Shown: positions 8,060 through 15,925 of the stretch, piece after piece | Layout of the letters: every line of letters starts with the position of its first letter | How positions within the stretch are numbered: the stretch's first letter is position 1 | IMG/VR virus record: IMGVR_UViG_2861069343_000004 | Strand: one strand, 5' to 3' | Length of the DNA stretch: 24,504 bases | From: a virus | Taxonomy: Duplodnaviria; Heunggongvirae; Uroviricota; Caudoviricetes | The notes under the pieces: model-generated | Seen by the model: only the letters and a program-made list of their open reading frames with translations | The model's database searches: none | Told to the model about the DNA's origin: nothing | Position numbers and translations under genes: made by a program

Positions 8060-8331
8060 GCTTCGAAATTATTTCTGGTCTGGTGGTCGTCATCCTGGGC
8101 GCTATAGCTGGCGCGTTCGGCATTGGTCATGCTCGCGGGACCAGTAAGGCGCAAGCCAAAGCCGATCAGCAGCGTACCGAAGAGAATGCCGCCGCCACCG
8201 TCGCCGCAGCAGAACGTAAGGCAGAAGTCACGAAGGAGGCAAGCGATGTACAGCAAACCGTTAGCCATATGCCTGATGACGATGTTGATCGGGAGCTGCG
8301 CGAAAAGTTTACCCGCCCCGGTAGTCGTTGA
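8056..8331 (+). CDS. i-spanin (Rz/LysB-like), GTG start (91 aa)
   Basis: N-terminal transmembrane segment followed by a charged, Ala/Gln/Glu-rich periplasmic region. AAGGAG ribosome-binding site. Contains the start of an out-of-frame lipoprotein gene. Confidence 0.7.
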   Translation: MSFEIISGLVVVILGAIAGAFGIGHARGTSKAQAKADQQRTEENAAATVAAAERKAEVTKEASDVQQTVSHMPDDDVDRELREKFTRPGSR

Positions 8332-8479
8332 TACGGCCTGCAGCTGGGTGCGGATCATCTACCTGACCGACCACGACATCGACGTGCTGGATAAGCAGAC
8401 CAAGCGCGACATCCTGGCGCATAACAAAGCTTGGCAGGCGAACTGCCAGAAACCAACAGCCGTCACCATTCCAAAATGA
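8246..8479 (+). CDS. o-spanin (Rz1/LysC-like) outer-membrane lipoprotein, overlapping the i-spanin in the +1 frame (77 aa)
   Basis: The ATG at 8246 is preceded by AGGAGG. Signal peptide with an LIGSC lipobox-like motif, and Pro-rich. It starts inside the i-spanin gene and extends beyond it. Confidence 0.7.
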   Translation: MYSKPLAICLMTMLIGSCAKSLPAPVVVDTACSWVRIIYLTDHDIDVLDKQTKRDILAHNKAWQANCQKPTAVTIPK

Positions 8480-8576
8480 TAAGCATGACAACTGGCATTC
8501 AATTATTGCCTATGATGATGCTCTTTGATTTAGTTGCTGATATAATCCCCCTAAATGATTTCAGGAGGGTTCTGCG

Positions 8577-8885
8577 TTGTCCGCGATAAACCACATAAAA
8601 AACCCGTTAACGATTATCGGTATTTTTGCGGGGATAGTAGAGGTCTCTGCAAACCTCGTATTACCTTTTCTTAATGATTCCCAACAAAGTACATATCTTT
8701 GGTTTTTAATGTTTTTCCCGGCAGGGCTTGTAATAGTGTTTTTTTTGACGCTGAATTTTAATCATGTTGCACTTTATGCTCCAAGCGATTATAGCAACGA
8801 TAAAGGATTCATGCAGGCCAATGGTAAAATGATCGGTAATGATGTCAAGGATACTGATGCAACGCAAGGCTTTGAATTAACATGA
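8577..8885 (+). CDS. Hypothetical small membrane protein, AT-rich moron gene 1 (102 aa, TTG start)
   Basis: ORF in a visibly AT-rich segment with AGGAGG 7 nt upstream of the TTG. Two hydrophobic segments. ATGA-coupled to the next gene. Confidence 0.45.
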   Translation: MSAINHIKNPLTIIGIFAGIVEVSANLVLPFLNDSQQSTYLWFLMFFPAGLVIVFFLTLNFNHVALYAPSDYSNDKGFMQANGKMIGNDVKDTDATQGFELT

Positions 8886-9148
8886 ATAAATTTATTTCAA
8901 GCACTTTTAATAATACTGTCGTCGAACTGGATGGCAACCATTTCGAAAAGTGCGTTTTTGAAAATTGCGAAATTGTATATAAAGGATTGCAGCCTTTTAA
9001 TTTAATTAATTGTAATTTTATTGCATGTAAATGGAAATTGGAAGGTGCAGCGTCAAACACAATTAACTTTTTAAAGGTTATGTATAAAGATATGGGTGAG
9101 TTTGGAAAGAAAATGGTAGAAGCCACTTTCGAAAACATAAAAAAATAG
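8882..9148 (+). CDS. Hypothetical small Cys-containing protein, AT-rich moron gene 2 (88 aa)
   Basis: ORF translationally coupled to the membrane protein. It has a repeated FENCEIVYK / LINCNFIACK pattern and is followed by a hairpin plus T-run. Confidence 0.5.
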   Translation: MNKFISSTFNNTVVELDGNHFEKCVFENCEIVYKGLQPFNLINCNFIACKWKLEGAASNTINFLKVMYKDMGEFGKKMVEATFENIKK

Positions 9149-9179
9149 TTTCATCCATTTACTTTCAGTTTATGAGATA

Positions 9180-9206
9180 CAGCCCTGCAATCGCGGGGCT
9201 TTTTTA
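9180..9206 (+). terminator. Terminator-like hairpin (AGCCC ... GGGCT) followed by TTTTTT
   Basis: Inverted repeat plus a T-run directly after the moron cassette. The stem boundaries are approximate. Confidence 0.45.
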
Positions 9207-9317
9207 TGCGCATCGCTCGCGCACATCAAAGAAAGTATTTCAGCGGTGAGCTTGGGCAAACCGTTAACTTTCGGCGGCTCTGCCGTGCGACAGGCTCACA
9301 TCTAAAAGGAAAACAGC

Positions 9318-9746
9318 ATGAAAAAGTTTTTAATCGACATGATTGATAAGGGCCTCTATTACGCGTTGCTTGCGGCGCTGGCTTTTGGGTCGGTCACAGG
9401 GCAAAGCAACGTCCTTAACGTGGCTGCTGCTGCGTTTTGGGTGGTGGTATTTCTTGGTGGGGTGGTTGGCATTATCACAATATTTCTCGCACATGGTGCA
9501 GAGCATATAACTGATGAGAAATCACGTCAGTCTGTGCTGGAGTCGCTGAGGAAGATTGTCCGGCGTAAGAACGTCATTGCTCGATGGTGGGGCTGGTTCT
9601 GCATGATGGCGACCATCGCTCTACTTGCCTACGGCGGCTGGGTATTTACCGCAGTGTGTTATGCGCTTTCATCCCTGTTTGTGCGGTTCTGCATTTCTCT
9701 GGCCAGAGACAAAGTAGAAAAACAGACGGTCGGCGTTTTAGCTTGA
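9318..9746 (+). CDS. Hypothetical integral membrane protein, about four transmembrane segments (142 aa)
   Basis: AAGGA ribosome-binding site and four long hydrophobic segments. Located between the moron cassette and the small terminase gene. Confidence 0.6.
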   Translation: MKKFLIDMIDKGLYYALLAALAFGSVTGQSNVLNVAAAAFWVVVFLGGVVGIITIFLAHGAEHITDEKSRQSVLESLRKIVRRKNVIARWWGWFCMMATIALLAYGGWVFTAVCYALSSLFVRFCISLARDKVEKQTVGVLA

Positions 9747-9804
9747 TGGCATTACAGAGCCACTTCAAGAGGTGGCTCGATAATGTCAAGGCGAGGACAA
9801 AATT

Positions 9805-10581
9805 ATGGCAAAACCGGACTGGGAGGCCATCGAATCGGCATACCGGGCCGGAGTCCTTAGTCTCCGTGATATAGGCGATAAATACGGCGTTACTGAAGGG
9901 GCTATCAGGAAGAGGGCTAAAAAATTTGACTGGGTACGCAATAGCGGTACGCAGGTACGCAAAAATGGTACGCAAAGTGGTACGCAAAAGAGTAAGGCGC
10001 GTACCAGCGAAAAGCCTGCCAGCGCTGGCCGCACGCAAAAAAGTACGCAACCAAAAGCCGAGCCTCCACCAGATACGAAACCGATACGCGGGGTGCGTAC
10101 CGATCCGCCGACCAACCCATTCCAACCCGGCAACCAGCAGGCGTTAAAGCATGGTGGTTACGCCCGGCGTCTTCTGCTTAAAGATGAGGTCATTGAAGAC
10201 GCGAAAGCGTTGACACTCGAAGACGAATTATTTCGCCTTCGGGCTAACAACCTTGTCGCCGCAGAGAATATTGGCCGGTGGTTGACCAAGCTGGATGATG
10301 CTGAAGGGGACCAGGAAAGAAAGGTGTTGATGGAAAATATCAGCGCCGCCGAGAAGGCGATGATGCGCAATACCGTTCGTATTGAGTCTATCGTCGGCAC
10401 GCTTGCGACGGTAGGCAAAATATTTGCTGATACAGACTATCGCAAGGCTGCTACTGATAAGGTGTCGCTGGAGGCCGATCGTCTTCGCCGTGATGCAGGT
10501 ATTGATGATGGCAACGGAGAGCGTGACCTCAATGACTTCTACTCTGACATCCAAACCGACGCTGAATCCGGTCCTGCGTAG
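9805..10581 (+). CDS. Putative terminase small subunit (258 aa)
   Basis: N-terminal helix-turn-helix-like segment (LSLRDIGDKYGVTEGAIRKRAKKFDW), a low-complexity basic linker, and a position immediately upstream of, and overlapping, the large terminase gene. Confidence 0.6.
   Translation: MAKPDWEAIESAYRAGVLSLRDIGDKYGVTEGAIRKRAKKFDWVRNSGTQVRKNGTQSGTQKSKARTSEKPASAGRTQKSTQPKAEPPPDTKPIRGVRTDPPTNPFQPGNQQALKHGGYARRLLLKDEVIEDAKALTLEDELFRLRANNLVAAENIGRWLTKLDDAEGDQERKVLMENISAAEKAMMRNTVRIESIVGTLATVGKIFADTDYRKAATDKVSLEADRLRRDAGIDDGNGERDLNDFYSDIQTDAESGPA
9933..9986 (+). repeat. Array of five perfect GGTACGCA octamers at spacings of 13, 8, 13 and 12 nt, plus degenerate copies (GCACGCAA, GTACGCAA) at 10031-10050
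   Basis: Counted directly in the sequence. Lies inside the putative small terminase gene, where it encodes the GTQ-repeat linker. Confidence 0.8.
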
Positions 10582-11932
10582 CTTCTGGACGACGCAGGCG
10601 CGTAACAAAGTGCTTTATGGTGGCCGGTCATCGTCAAAATCGTGGGATGCCGCTGGCATAGCCATATTTCTGTCGAATAAATACAGCCTGCGCTTTTGCT
10701 GTGCACGTCAGATCCAGAACAAAATTGAAGAGTCGGTATATACCCTGCTCAAAATTCAGATTGACCGCTTTGGCCTGCGGCATCGTTTCCGCATTCTGAA
10801 CAACAAAATCATTAACCGGGTGACCGGGTCTGAATTCGTCTTTTATGGGCTCTGGCGCAACATTGAAGAGATTAAGTCTCTGGAGGGTATCAGCGTTCTG
10901 TGGCTTGAAGAGGCCCACGCGCTGACGGAATACCAGTGGAAGATACTGGAGCCAACCATCCGTAAAGAGGGATCAGAGTGCTGGTTTATCTTTAACCCCG
11001 GGCTGGTGACTGATTTCGTGTGGCGTAACTTTGTGGTCGATCCGCCAGAAGATACGCTGATACGCAAAATCAACTACGATGAAAACCCCTTTTTGTCCGA
11101 CACCATGCTGAAGGTTATCGACGCCGCTAAACGCCGGGATCCGGATGGGTTTAAGCATGTCTACGAAGGCGTGCCAGAGTCGGATGATGATGCGGCCATT
11201 ATCAAGCTGTCATGGATTGAGGCGGCCGTTGATGCCCATAAAGTCCTTAATTTCGAGCCGAGCGGGCGCAAGCGTATTGGCTTCGACGTTGCTGATAGCG
11301 GCGCCGATAAGTGCGCTAACGTCTATCGTCACGGCTCCGTCGTGTATTGGGCGGATGAGTGGAAGGCGAAAGAAGACGAATTGCTGAAGAGCTGCCAGCG
11401 TACGTATCAGGCGGCACTGGAGCGTGATGCTGATATTGTCTACGACTCAATCGGCGTTGGGGCATCTGCTGGCGCGAAATTCTCAGAAATTAATGAGGAT
11501 CGTAAGCGCGAAAACATGAATGCATCCCGCATCAATTATCAGCGATTCAATGCTGGCGCTGGTGTGAATGAGCCGGACTACGAATATATTGGCATCCCGA
11601 ACAAGGATTTTTTCGCCAACCTCAAAGCGCAAGCCTGGTGGCTGGTGGCGGATCGCTTCCGTAACACCTTCAACGCGGTAAAGAACGGCGAGCAGTACCC
11701 GGTAGATGAGCTGATAAGCATCGACTCATCTTGTCCGCTGCTGGAAAAGCTCAAGCTGGAACTTACCACCCCGCACCGTGATTTTGACAAAAACGGTCGC
11801 GTGATGGTGGAAAGCAAGAAAGACCTCGCCAAGCGTGACGTACCATCGCCGAACGTGGCCGACGCGTTCATCATGGCGTTTGCTCCAACCGATACGGCAA
11901 TGGATATCTGGGAAGCGCTGGGAAACAGCTAA
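10532..11932 (+). CDS. Terminase large subunit (about 466 aa from the ATG at 10532; in-frame alternatives at 10505 and 10424)
   Basis: Walker-A-like YGGRSSSKSWD near the N-terminus, a Walker-B-like VLWLEEAH segment, a C-terminal nuclease-like acidic region, and a length typical of large terminases. Confidence 0.85.
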   Translation: MTSTLTSKPTLNPVLRSFWTTQARNKVLYGGRSSSKSWDAAGIAIFLSNKYSLRFCCARQIQNKIEESVYTLLKIQIDRFGLRHRFRILNNKIINRVTGSEFVFYGLWRNIEEIKSLEGISVLWLEEAHALTEYQWKILEPTIRKEGSECWFIFNPGLVTDFVWRNFVVDPPEDTLIRKINYDENPFLSDTMLKVIDAAKRRDPDGFKHVYEGVPESDDDAAIIKLSWIEAAVDAHKVLNFEPSGRKRIGFDVADSGADKCANVYRHGSVVYWADEWKAKEDELLKSCQRTYQAALERDADIVYDSIGVGASAGAKFSEINEDRKRENMNASRINYQRFNAGAGVNEPDYEYIGIPNKDFFANLKAQAWWLVADRFRNTFNAVKNGEQYPVDELISIDSSCPLLEKLKLELTTPHRDFDKNGRVMVESKKDLAKRDVPSPNVADAFIMAFAPTDTAMDIWEALGNS

Positions 11933-12154
11933 ATACCTGGAAATAACCGTTTCACGCAAAATTCACGCTATTCATTTTTCGACCCTGTTTATGCATGTTT
12001 TATTCACGCGCTTTTAGCCACTTAACCCAGATAAATAAGCCTTTGGCGGACATTTCATGAACTGAATTTCCGCACAACATAAGTTAAATCGGGTCATTTT
12101 TTAACAAATTATCCTATCCGCCACGAGTACCAAAAAAGCCGGAGAATAGTCACC

Positions 12155-13606
12155 ATGGCGAAGAAAACAGGACGAGTCGCCACGGCGGATTCGTACGATA
12201 ACTTTGTTGCCCGTGTCGGAATGCAGCAGCCTAACCAGCATGCCGCATCGACCTACAGGGCGAACTATACCAGCCGCAACCGCCTGCTCATCGAGTGGGC
12301 TTATCGTTCCTCCTGGATTATTGGTGCCGCAGTCGATTCGAAAGCGGACGATATGACCAAAAAGGGCGTGCGGATCACCAGTGAGATTGACCCGAAACGT
12401 CGTGGCATTCTGGAATCACGGTTCGATGAGCTTCAGCTTTGGGATTGCATCAACGAGACGCTGAAATGGTCCCGGCTGTATGGCGGGGCGGTGGCGCTGA
12501 TTCTGATTGAAGGTCAGGCACCGCTGACGCCGCTGGTGCTGGATAAGGTTGGCAAGGGCAGCTTTAAAGGTCTGGCTGTACTTGACCGCTGGATGATTAA
12601 CCCACAGCTCACCAGGCGCATTAAGGCGCTTGGCCCCAATCTCGGCAAGCCAGAATTCTATGACATCGTGACGACGGCGCAGGGGCTTCCTGCGTGGACC
12701 GTTCACCACAGCCGACTGATTCGCATGGATGGTGTGAAACTGCCCTACCAGCAGAAAATCACCGAAAACGAGTGGGGCATGTCCATTGTCGAGCGCATCT
12801 TCGATCGCCTGACTTCCTACGATAGCACCAGCGTCGGCGCCGCCCAGCTTGCCTACAAGGCACATCTGCGAACGGCAAAGATTAAAAAGCTGCGTGAAAT
12901 TATCGCCATGGGCGGTAAACCATTCGAAGCGCTGGTTAAACAAATGGAGTTAGTTCGCCAGTACCAGACGAACGAGGGTATGTCCCTGTTTGATTCGGAG
13001 GACGAATTTGAAACACATTCCTATTCTTTCGCGGGCCTGTCTGACCTGCTTAGCGAGTTTAAAGAGGATATCGCGGGTGCTGTTGGCATTCCTCTTGTCC
13101 GTCTGTTCCGCCAGTCACCGAAGGGTTTTTCAACCGGTGACGCTGACCTCGCGAACTACTACGACGACGTTGGAACGCTTCAGGAGCGAGATTTACGGCC
13201 TCACATCCGCCTGTTATTCGATGTACTGCATCGCTCAGAGTTTGGCGAGCCGTTGCCGCAAGATTTCACCTTTGAGTTTAACCCCCTGTGGCAGATGAGC
13301 GACACCGATCGCTCCACGGTGGCAACCAACACAACTACCGCTCTTGCAACCGCGGTGCGTGATTTGGGCATGTCGCCGGCTGCTGCTCTGACTGATTTGC
13401 GCGAGCTGTCTGACGTTACCGGCATCGGTGCTTCAATTAGCGATGAGGATATCCAGAATGCGGCGAAACAGTGGCAGGAGACTGAATCTGAAACCAGCCC
13501 TCCGCCGCCGATCGGAGGTCCAGTATCAGAAAAGCCTACTGGCGATAGTCGACCAGATAAATCAAATCGTCACGGGTTCCTACGATGGTTCACAGGCAAG
13601 CGCTGA
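12155..13606 (+). CDS. Portal protein (483 aa)
   Basis: Large ORF directly downstream of the large terminase with a GGAG ribosome-binding site, followed by a Mu-F-like head morphogenesis gene. Size and order fit a portal. The C-terminal 60 aa are low-complexity and overlap the next ORF. Confidence 0.75.
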   Translation: MAKKTGRVATADSYDNFVARVGMQQPNQHAASTYRANYTSRNRLLIEWAYRSSWIIGAAVDSKADDMTKKGVRITSEIDPKRRGILESRFDELQLWDCINETLKWSRLYGGAVALILIEGQAPLTPLVLDKVGKGSFKGLAVLDRWMINPQLTRRIKALGPNLGKPEFYDIVTTAQGLPAWTVHHSRLIRMDGVKLPYQQKITENEWGMSIVERIFDRLTSYDSTSVGAAQLAYKAHLRTAKIKKLREIIAMGGKPFEALVKQMELVRQYQTNEGMSLFDSEDEFETHSYSFAGLSDLLSEFKEDIAGAVGIPLVRLFRQSPKGFSTGDADLANYYDDVGTLQERDLRPHIRLLFDVLHRSEFGEPLPQDFTFEFNPLWQMSDTDRSTVATNTTTALATAVRDLGMSPAAALTDLRELSDVTGIGASISDEDIQNAAKQWQETESETSPPPPIGGPVSEKPTGDSRPDKSNRHGFLRWFTGKR

Positions 13607-14210
13607 GAGCATTGCTAAATCGCTTGTTGACTACTCCGGGGTGATCGACGACTGGGCCGAAATGGTCGGTCGAAAGATGTTTGCCCAGGTGGAGCGTGAA
13701 GAGTGGAATCAGTGGCGCTCTGTTTCGGAAGAAATATCCGCTGGTCTGCGTGACGTGATTAGTAACACTCCTGTCGGCATGGTGGCACAAGACACCGTTT
13801 ACCGGCAGATTCGCTATATGAAATCTTTGCCATTAGAGGCGGCCGGACGTGTCAGGGAGATTCAGGAGCGTGCGATAAAGGCTGTCATCCATGGTGAGCG
13901 TCCAGATCAGCTTTACGAGATGATCATGCAATCCGGTGACGTGGCGGCCAGCAGGGCGCGGATGATAGCCCGCACTGAGATAGGCCGCGCAACTACCGCA
14001 TTAACTCAGGCTCGGGCGCTGTCAGTTGGCTCTGAGGGGTACTGGTGGCGCATCAAGGGGGCTGGTACCAGGCCATCGCACCGAGGAATGAAAGATAAAT
14101 TTGTGCGCTGGGATAACCCGCCAACGCTTGACGGCATGACCGGACACGCCGGATGCCTGCCGAACTGCGATTGCTGGCCAGAAGTGCAGATCCCTGAGTT
14201 TAGAAAATAA
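13428..14210 (+). CDS. Head morphogenesis protein, Mu-F / SPP1-gp7-like (up to 260 aa; true start uncertain)
   Basis: C-terminal Cys/His motif (HAGCLPNCDCWP) characteristic of Mu-F-like minor head proteins. The ORF as drawn overlaps the portal by 178 nt; in-frame ATGs occur at 13443, 13458 and 13662. Confidence 0.7.
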   Translation: MLQLAMRISRMRRNSGRRLNLKPALRRRSEVQYQKSLLAIVDQINQIVTGSYDGSQASAESIAKSLVDYSGVIDDWAEMVGRKMFAQVEREEWNQWRSVSEEISAGLRDVISNTPVGMVAQDTVYRQIRYMKSLPLEAAGRVREIQERAIKAVIHGERPDQLYEMIMQSGDVAASRARMIARTEIGRATTALTQARALSVGSEGYWWRIKGAGTRPSHRGMKDKFVRWDNPPTLDGMTGHAGCLPNCDCWPEVQIPEFRK

Positions 14211-14241
14211 TGCATTAGTAACAACTCGATAGGGATAGCAA

Positions 14242-14664
14242 ATGAAGCAAAACATACATAAGCTTAACGGGTTAGAATTCACCCATGAACGCGATTTTAT
14301 CAACGGGCAATGGGTATATTCTTGGTATTTTAGACCCCTAGAGCAATCTGAATGGTGCCCATTCTCGCTGCCAACGGGGAAAACAAGAAAATCTGATATT
14401 GAGAATTTCTTAAAAAATTGTGAAGAAGCTACCAATTTCTATTTAGAGTGGTTAAGAAATGCCTCTGATGTGGAAGGTGCTGAACGCTATTTATTATCCG
14501 CAAAACAAGCTTGGGAAAGGATATCTAGCCCGGACTGGGGAGGGCGTGGAAATAATCCAAACAAGGATGCCAGGAGGGTGCAACAAGCAAGAGAAACTCT
14601 CGAATCGGCAAAAGTAAAGCTTGAGAAAGCCAAGATATTACGAGAAAGATTAAATAGTAACTAA
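14242..14664 (+). CDS. Hypothetical protein, AT-rich moron within the head module (140 aa)
   Basis: ORF with visibly lower GC than the flanking structural genes and its own downstream terminator. No family recognised. Confidence 0.6.
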   Translation: MKQNIHKLNGLEFTHERDFINGQWVYSWYFRPLEQSEWCPFSLPTGKTRKSDIENFLKNCEEATNFYLEWLRNASDVEGAERYLLSAKQAWERISSPDWGGRGNNPNKDARRVQQARETLESAKVKLEKAKILRERLNSN

Positions 14665-14669
14665 CAACG

Positions 14670-14697
14670 AGGCCGCTATTCAGCGGCCTTTTCTTTG
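14670..14697 (+). terminator. Intrinsic terminator (stem AGGCCGC/GCGGCCT, loop TATTCA, TTTTCTTTG)
   Basis: Perfect inverted repeat plus a T-rich tract immediately after the moron gene. Confidence 0.65.
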
Positions 14698-14719
14698 CCC
14701 GCCATTCAGCAGGTAACCC

Positions 14720-15922
14720 ATGAAATATTTCTTTAAAACCCGCCTGGGTAATACTCGCTTTCAACTTACTGATGGGTCAGTCCTGTTTAAGGACGTCCCG
14801 ATCGCAAGGACTGGTGAGCTGGAGTACGACGCCACAGAGCGGCCTGAGCTTGTCCCAAACGACAGAGGGAAGGTCATCGTACGCCGGACGCCAGAAGAGG
14901 TGTTCAGCGAGCGAGCCATGGCGTCATTCGAAGGAATGGCAGTCACTATCGGCCATCCGCGAGATTTTGACGGGCAGATCATCTTTGTTACCCCTGATAA
15001 CTGGCGCCAGCTGGCTCACGGGCACATCCAGAACGTACGACGTGGCACGGACGATAAAACCGATCTGCTGCTGGCTGATGTCATCGTCAAAACCCCGGAA
15101 GCCCTGCAGGCAATTGATGATGGTGATGACGAGGTCAGCTGCGGGTACGACGCCGATTACGAACAGATTTCACCTGGTCTCGCAAAGCAATCTGCGATTA
15201 CCGCTAACCATCTGGCCCTTGTCCCTAACGGGCGGGCCGGTTTCCGTTGTGCAATAGGGGATTCTATGCCAAGCACTACTAAAAACTGGTTTACCCGGCT
15301 CCTGAAGGCCCGTAAAACCGGGGACGCTGCCGAAATGGCAAGTCTCATTGATAACCCGCCTGATGATGTCACGGGCGATAACGACGTATCGACCTCTATG
15401 ACACCTGGCGGAGTGGTCATCAACCTTGCGCCGCAAAATCCGCTTCCCGGCCCGGCATTGCCTGGAACCGGCGATGCCGAGGAAGAAATTCCTGCATGGG
15501 GTAAGGCGCTGATTGAGGCGGTGGCCAAACTCACGCCTGCGGCAACTGCTCCTGGAACCGGCGATGCCGAGGACGAAGAGGAGAAAAAGGAAGAAGAGGG
15601 TAAGGTTACCGGCGACGCCGCTTACCGTGCCGATCTGATTCAGCCAGGCATCCAGTTGCCAGAAAAGGCGAAGCCGACAGCATTCAAGCGTCAGGTGCTC
15701 GCCTCTGCCGATCAATCTCTGGTGCGCTCTATTGTCGGTGATGCCGATATCAGCAAGCTGAAAAAAGCCACGGTGGATATGGCTTTCACAGCTGTTTCTG
15801 AGCTGGCTAAAAACCGCAATACCAAAACCGTCGACAGCCTGCAAACGCAGACTGCCACCACTGTTAAAACCATTGCCGGTATGAATCAGGCCGCGCAGGA
15901 ATTCTGGTCTAAACGAGGCTAA
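14720..15922 (+). CDS. Putative scaffolding / prohead-protease-like protein (DUF2213-like) (400 aa)
   Basis: Positioned between the portal/Mu-F genes and the capsid gene. Has an acidic low-complexity centre (PGTGDAEEE repeated) and a helical C-terminus typical of scaffolds. The family name is recollection-based. Confidence 0.6.
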   Translation: MKYFFKTRLGNTRFQLTDGSVLFKDVPIARTGELEYDATERPELVPNDRGKVIVRRTPEEVFSERAMASFEGMAVTIGHPRDFDGQIIFVTPDNWRQLAHGHIQNVRRGTDDKTDLLLADVIVKTPEALQAIDDGDDEVSCGYDADYEQISPGLAKQSAITANHLALVPNGRAGFRCAIGDSMPSTTKNWFTRLLKARKTGDAAEMASLIDNPPDDVTGDNDVSTSMTPGGVVINLAPQNPLPGPALPGTGDAEEEIPAWGKALIEAVAKLTPAATAPGTGDAEDEEEKKEEEGKVTGDAAYRADLIQPGIQLPEKAKPTAFKRQVLASADQSLVRSIVGDADISKLKKATVDMAFTAVSELAKNRNTKTVDSLQTQTATTVKTIAGMNQAAQEFWSKRG

Positions 15923-15925
15923 CCA

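Noticed and set aside
7696-8358. 220-aa ORF on the minus strand across the lysis genes
   Set aside because: Antisense to the membrane protein and spanin genes, which have coupled starts and ribosome-binding sites on the plus strand.
9646-10133. Minus-strand ORFs of 159 and 115 aa plus the plus-strand ORF 9926..10147 over the GGTACGCA repeat region
   Set aside because: The repeat keeps several frames open. Only the plus-strand small terminase frame has a ribosome-binding site, an N-terminal helix-turn-helix-like segment and coupling to the large terminase.
12416-12943. 175-aa ORF on the minus strand inside the portal gene
   Set aside because: Antisense to a well-supported plus-strand gene, with no start context.
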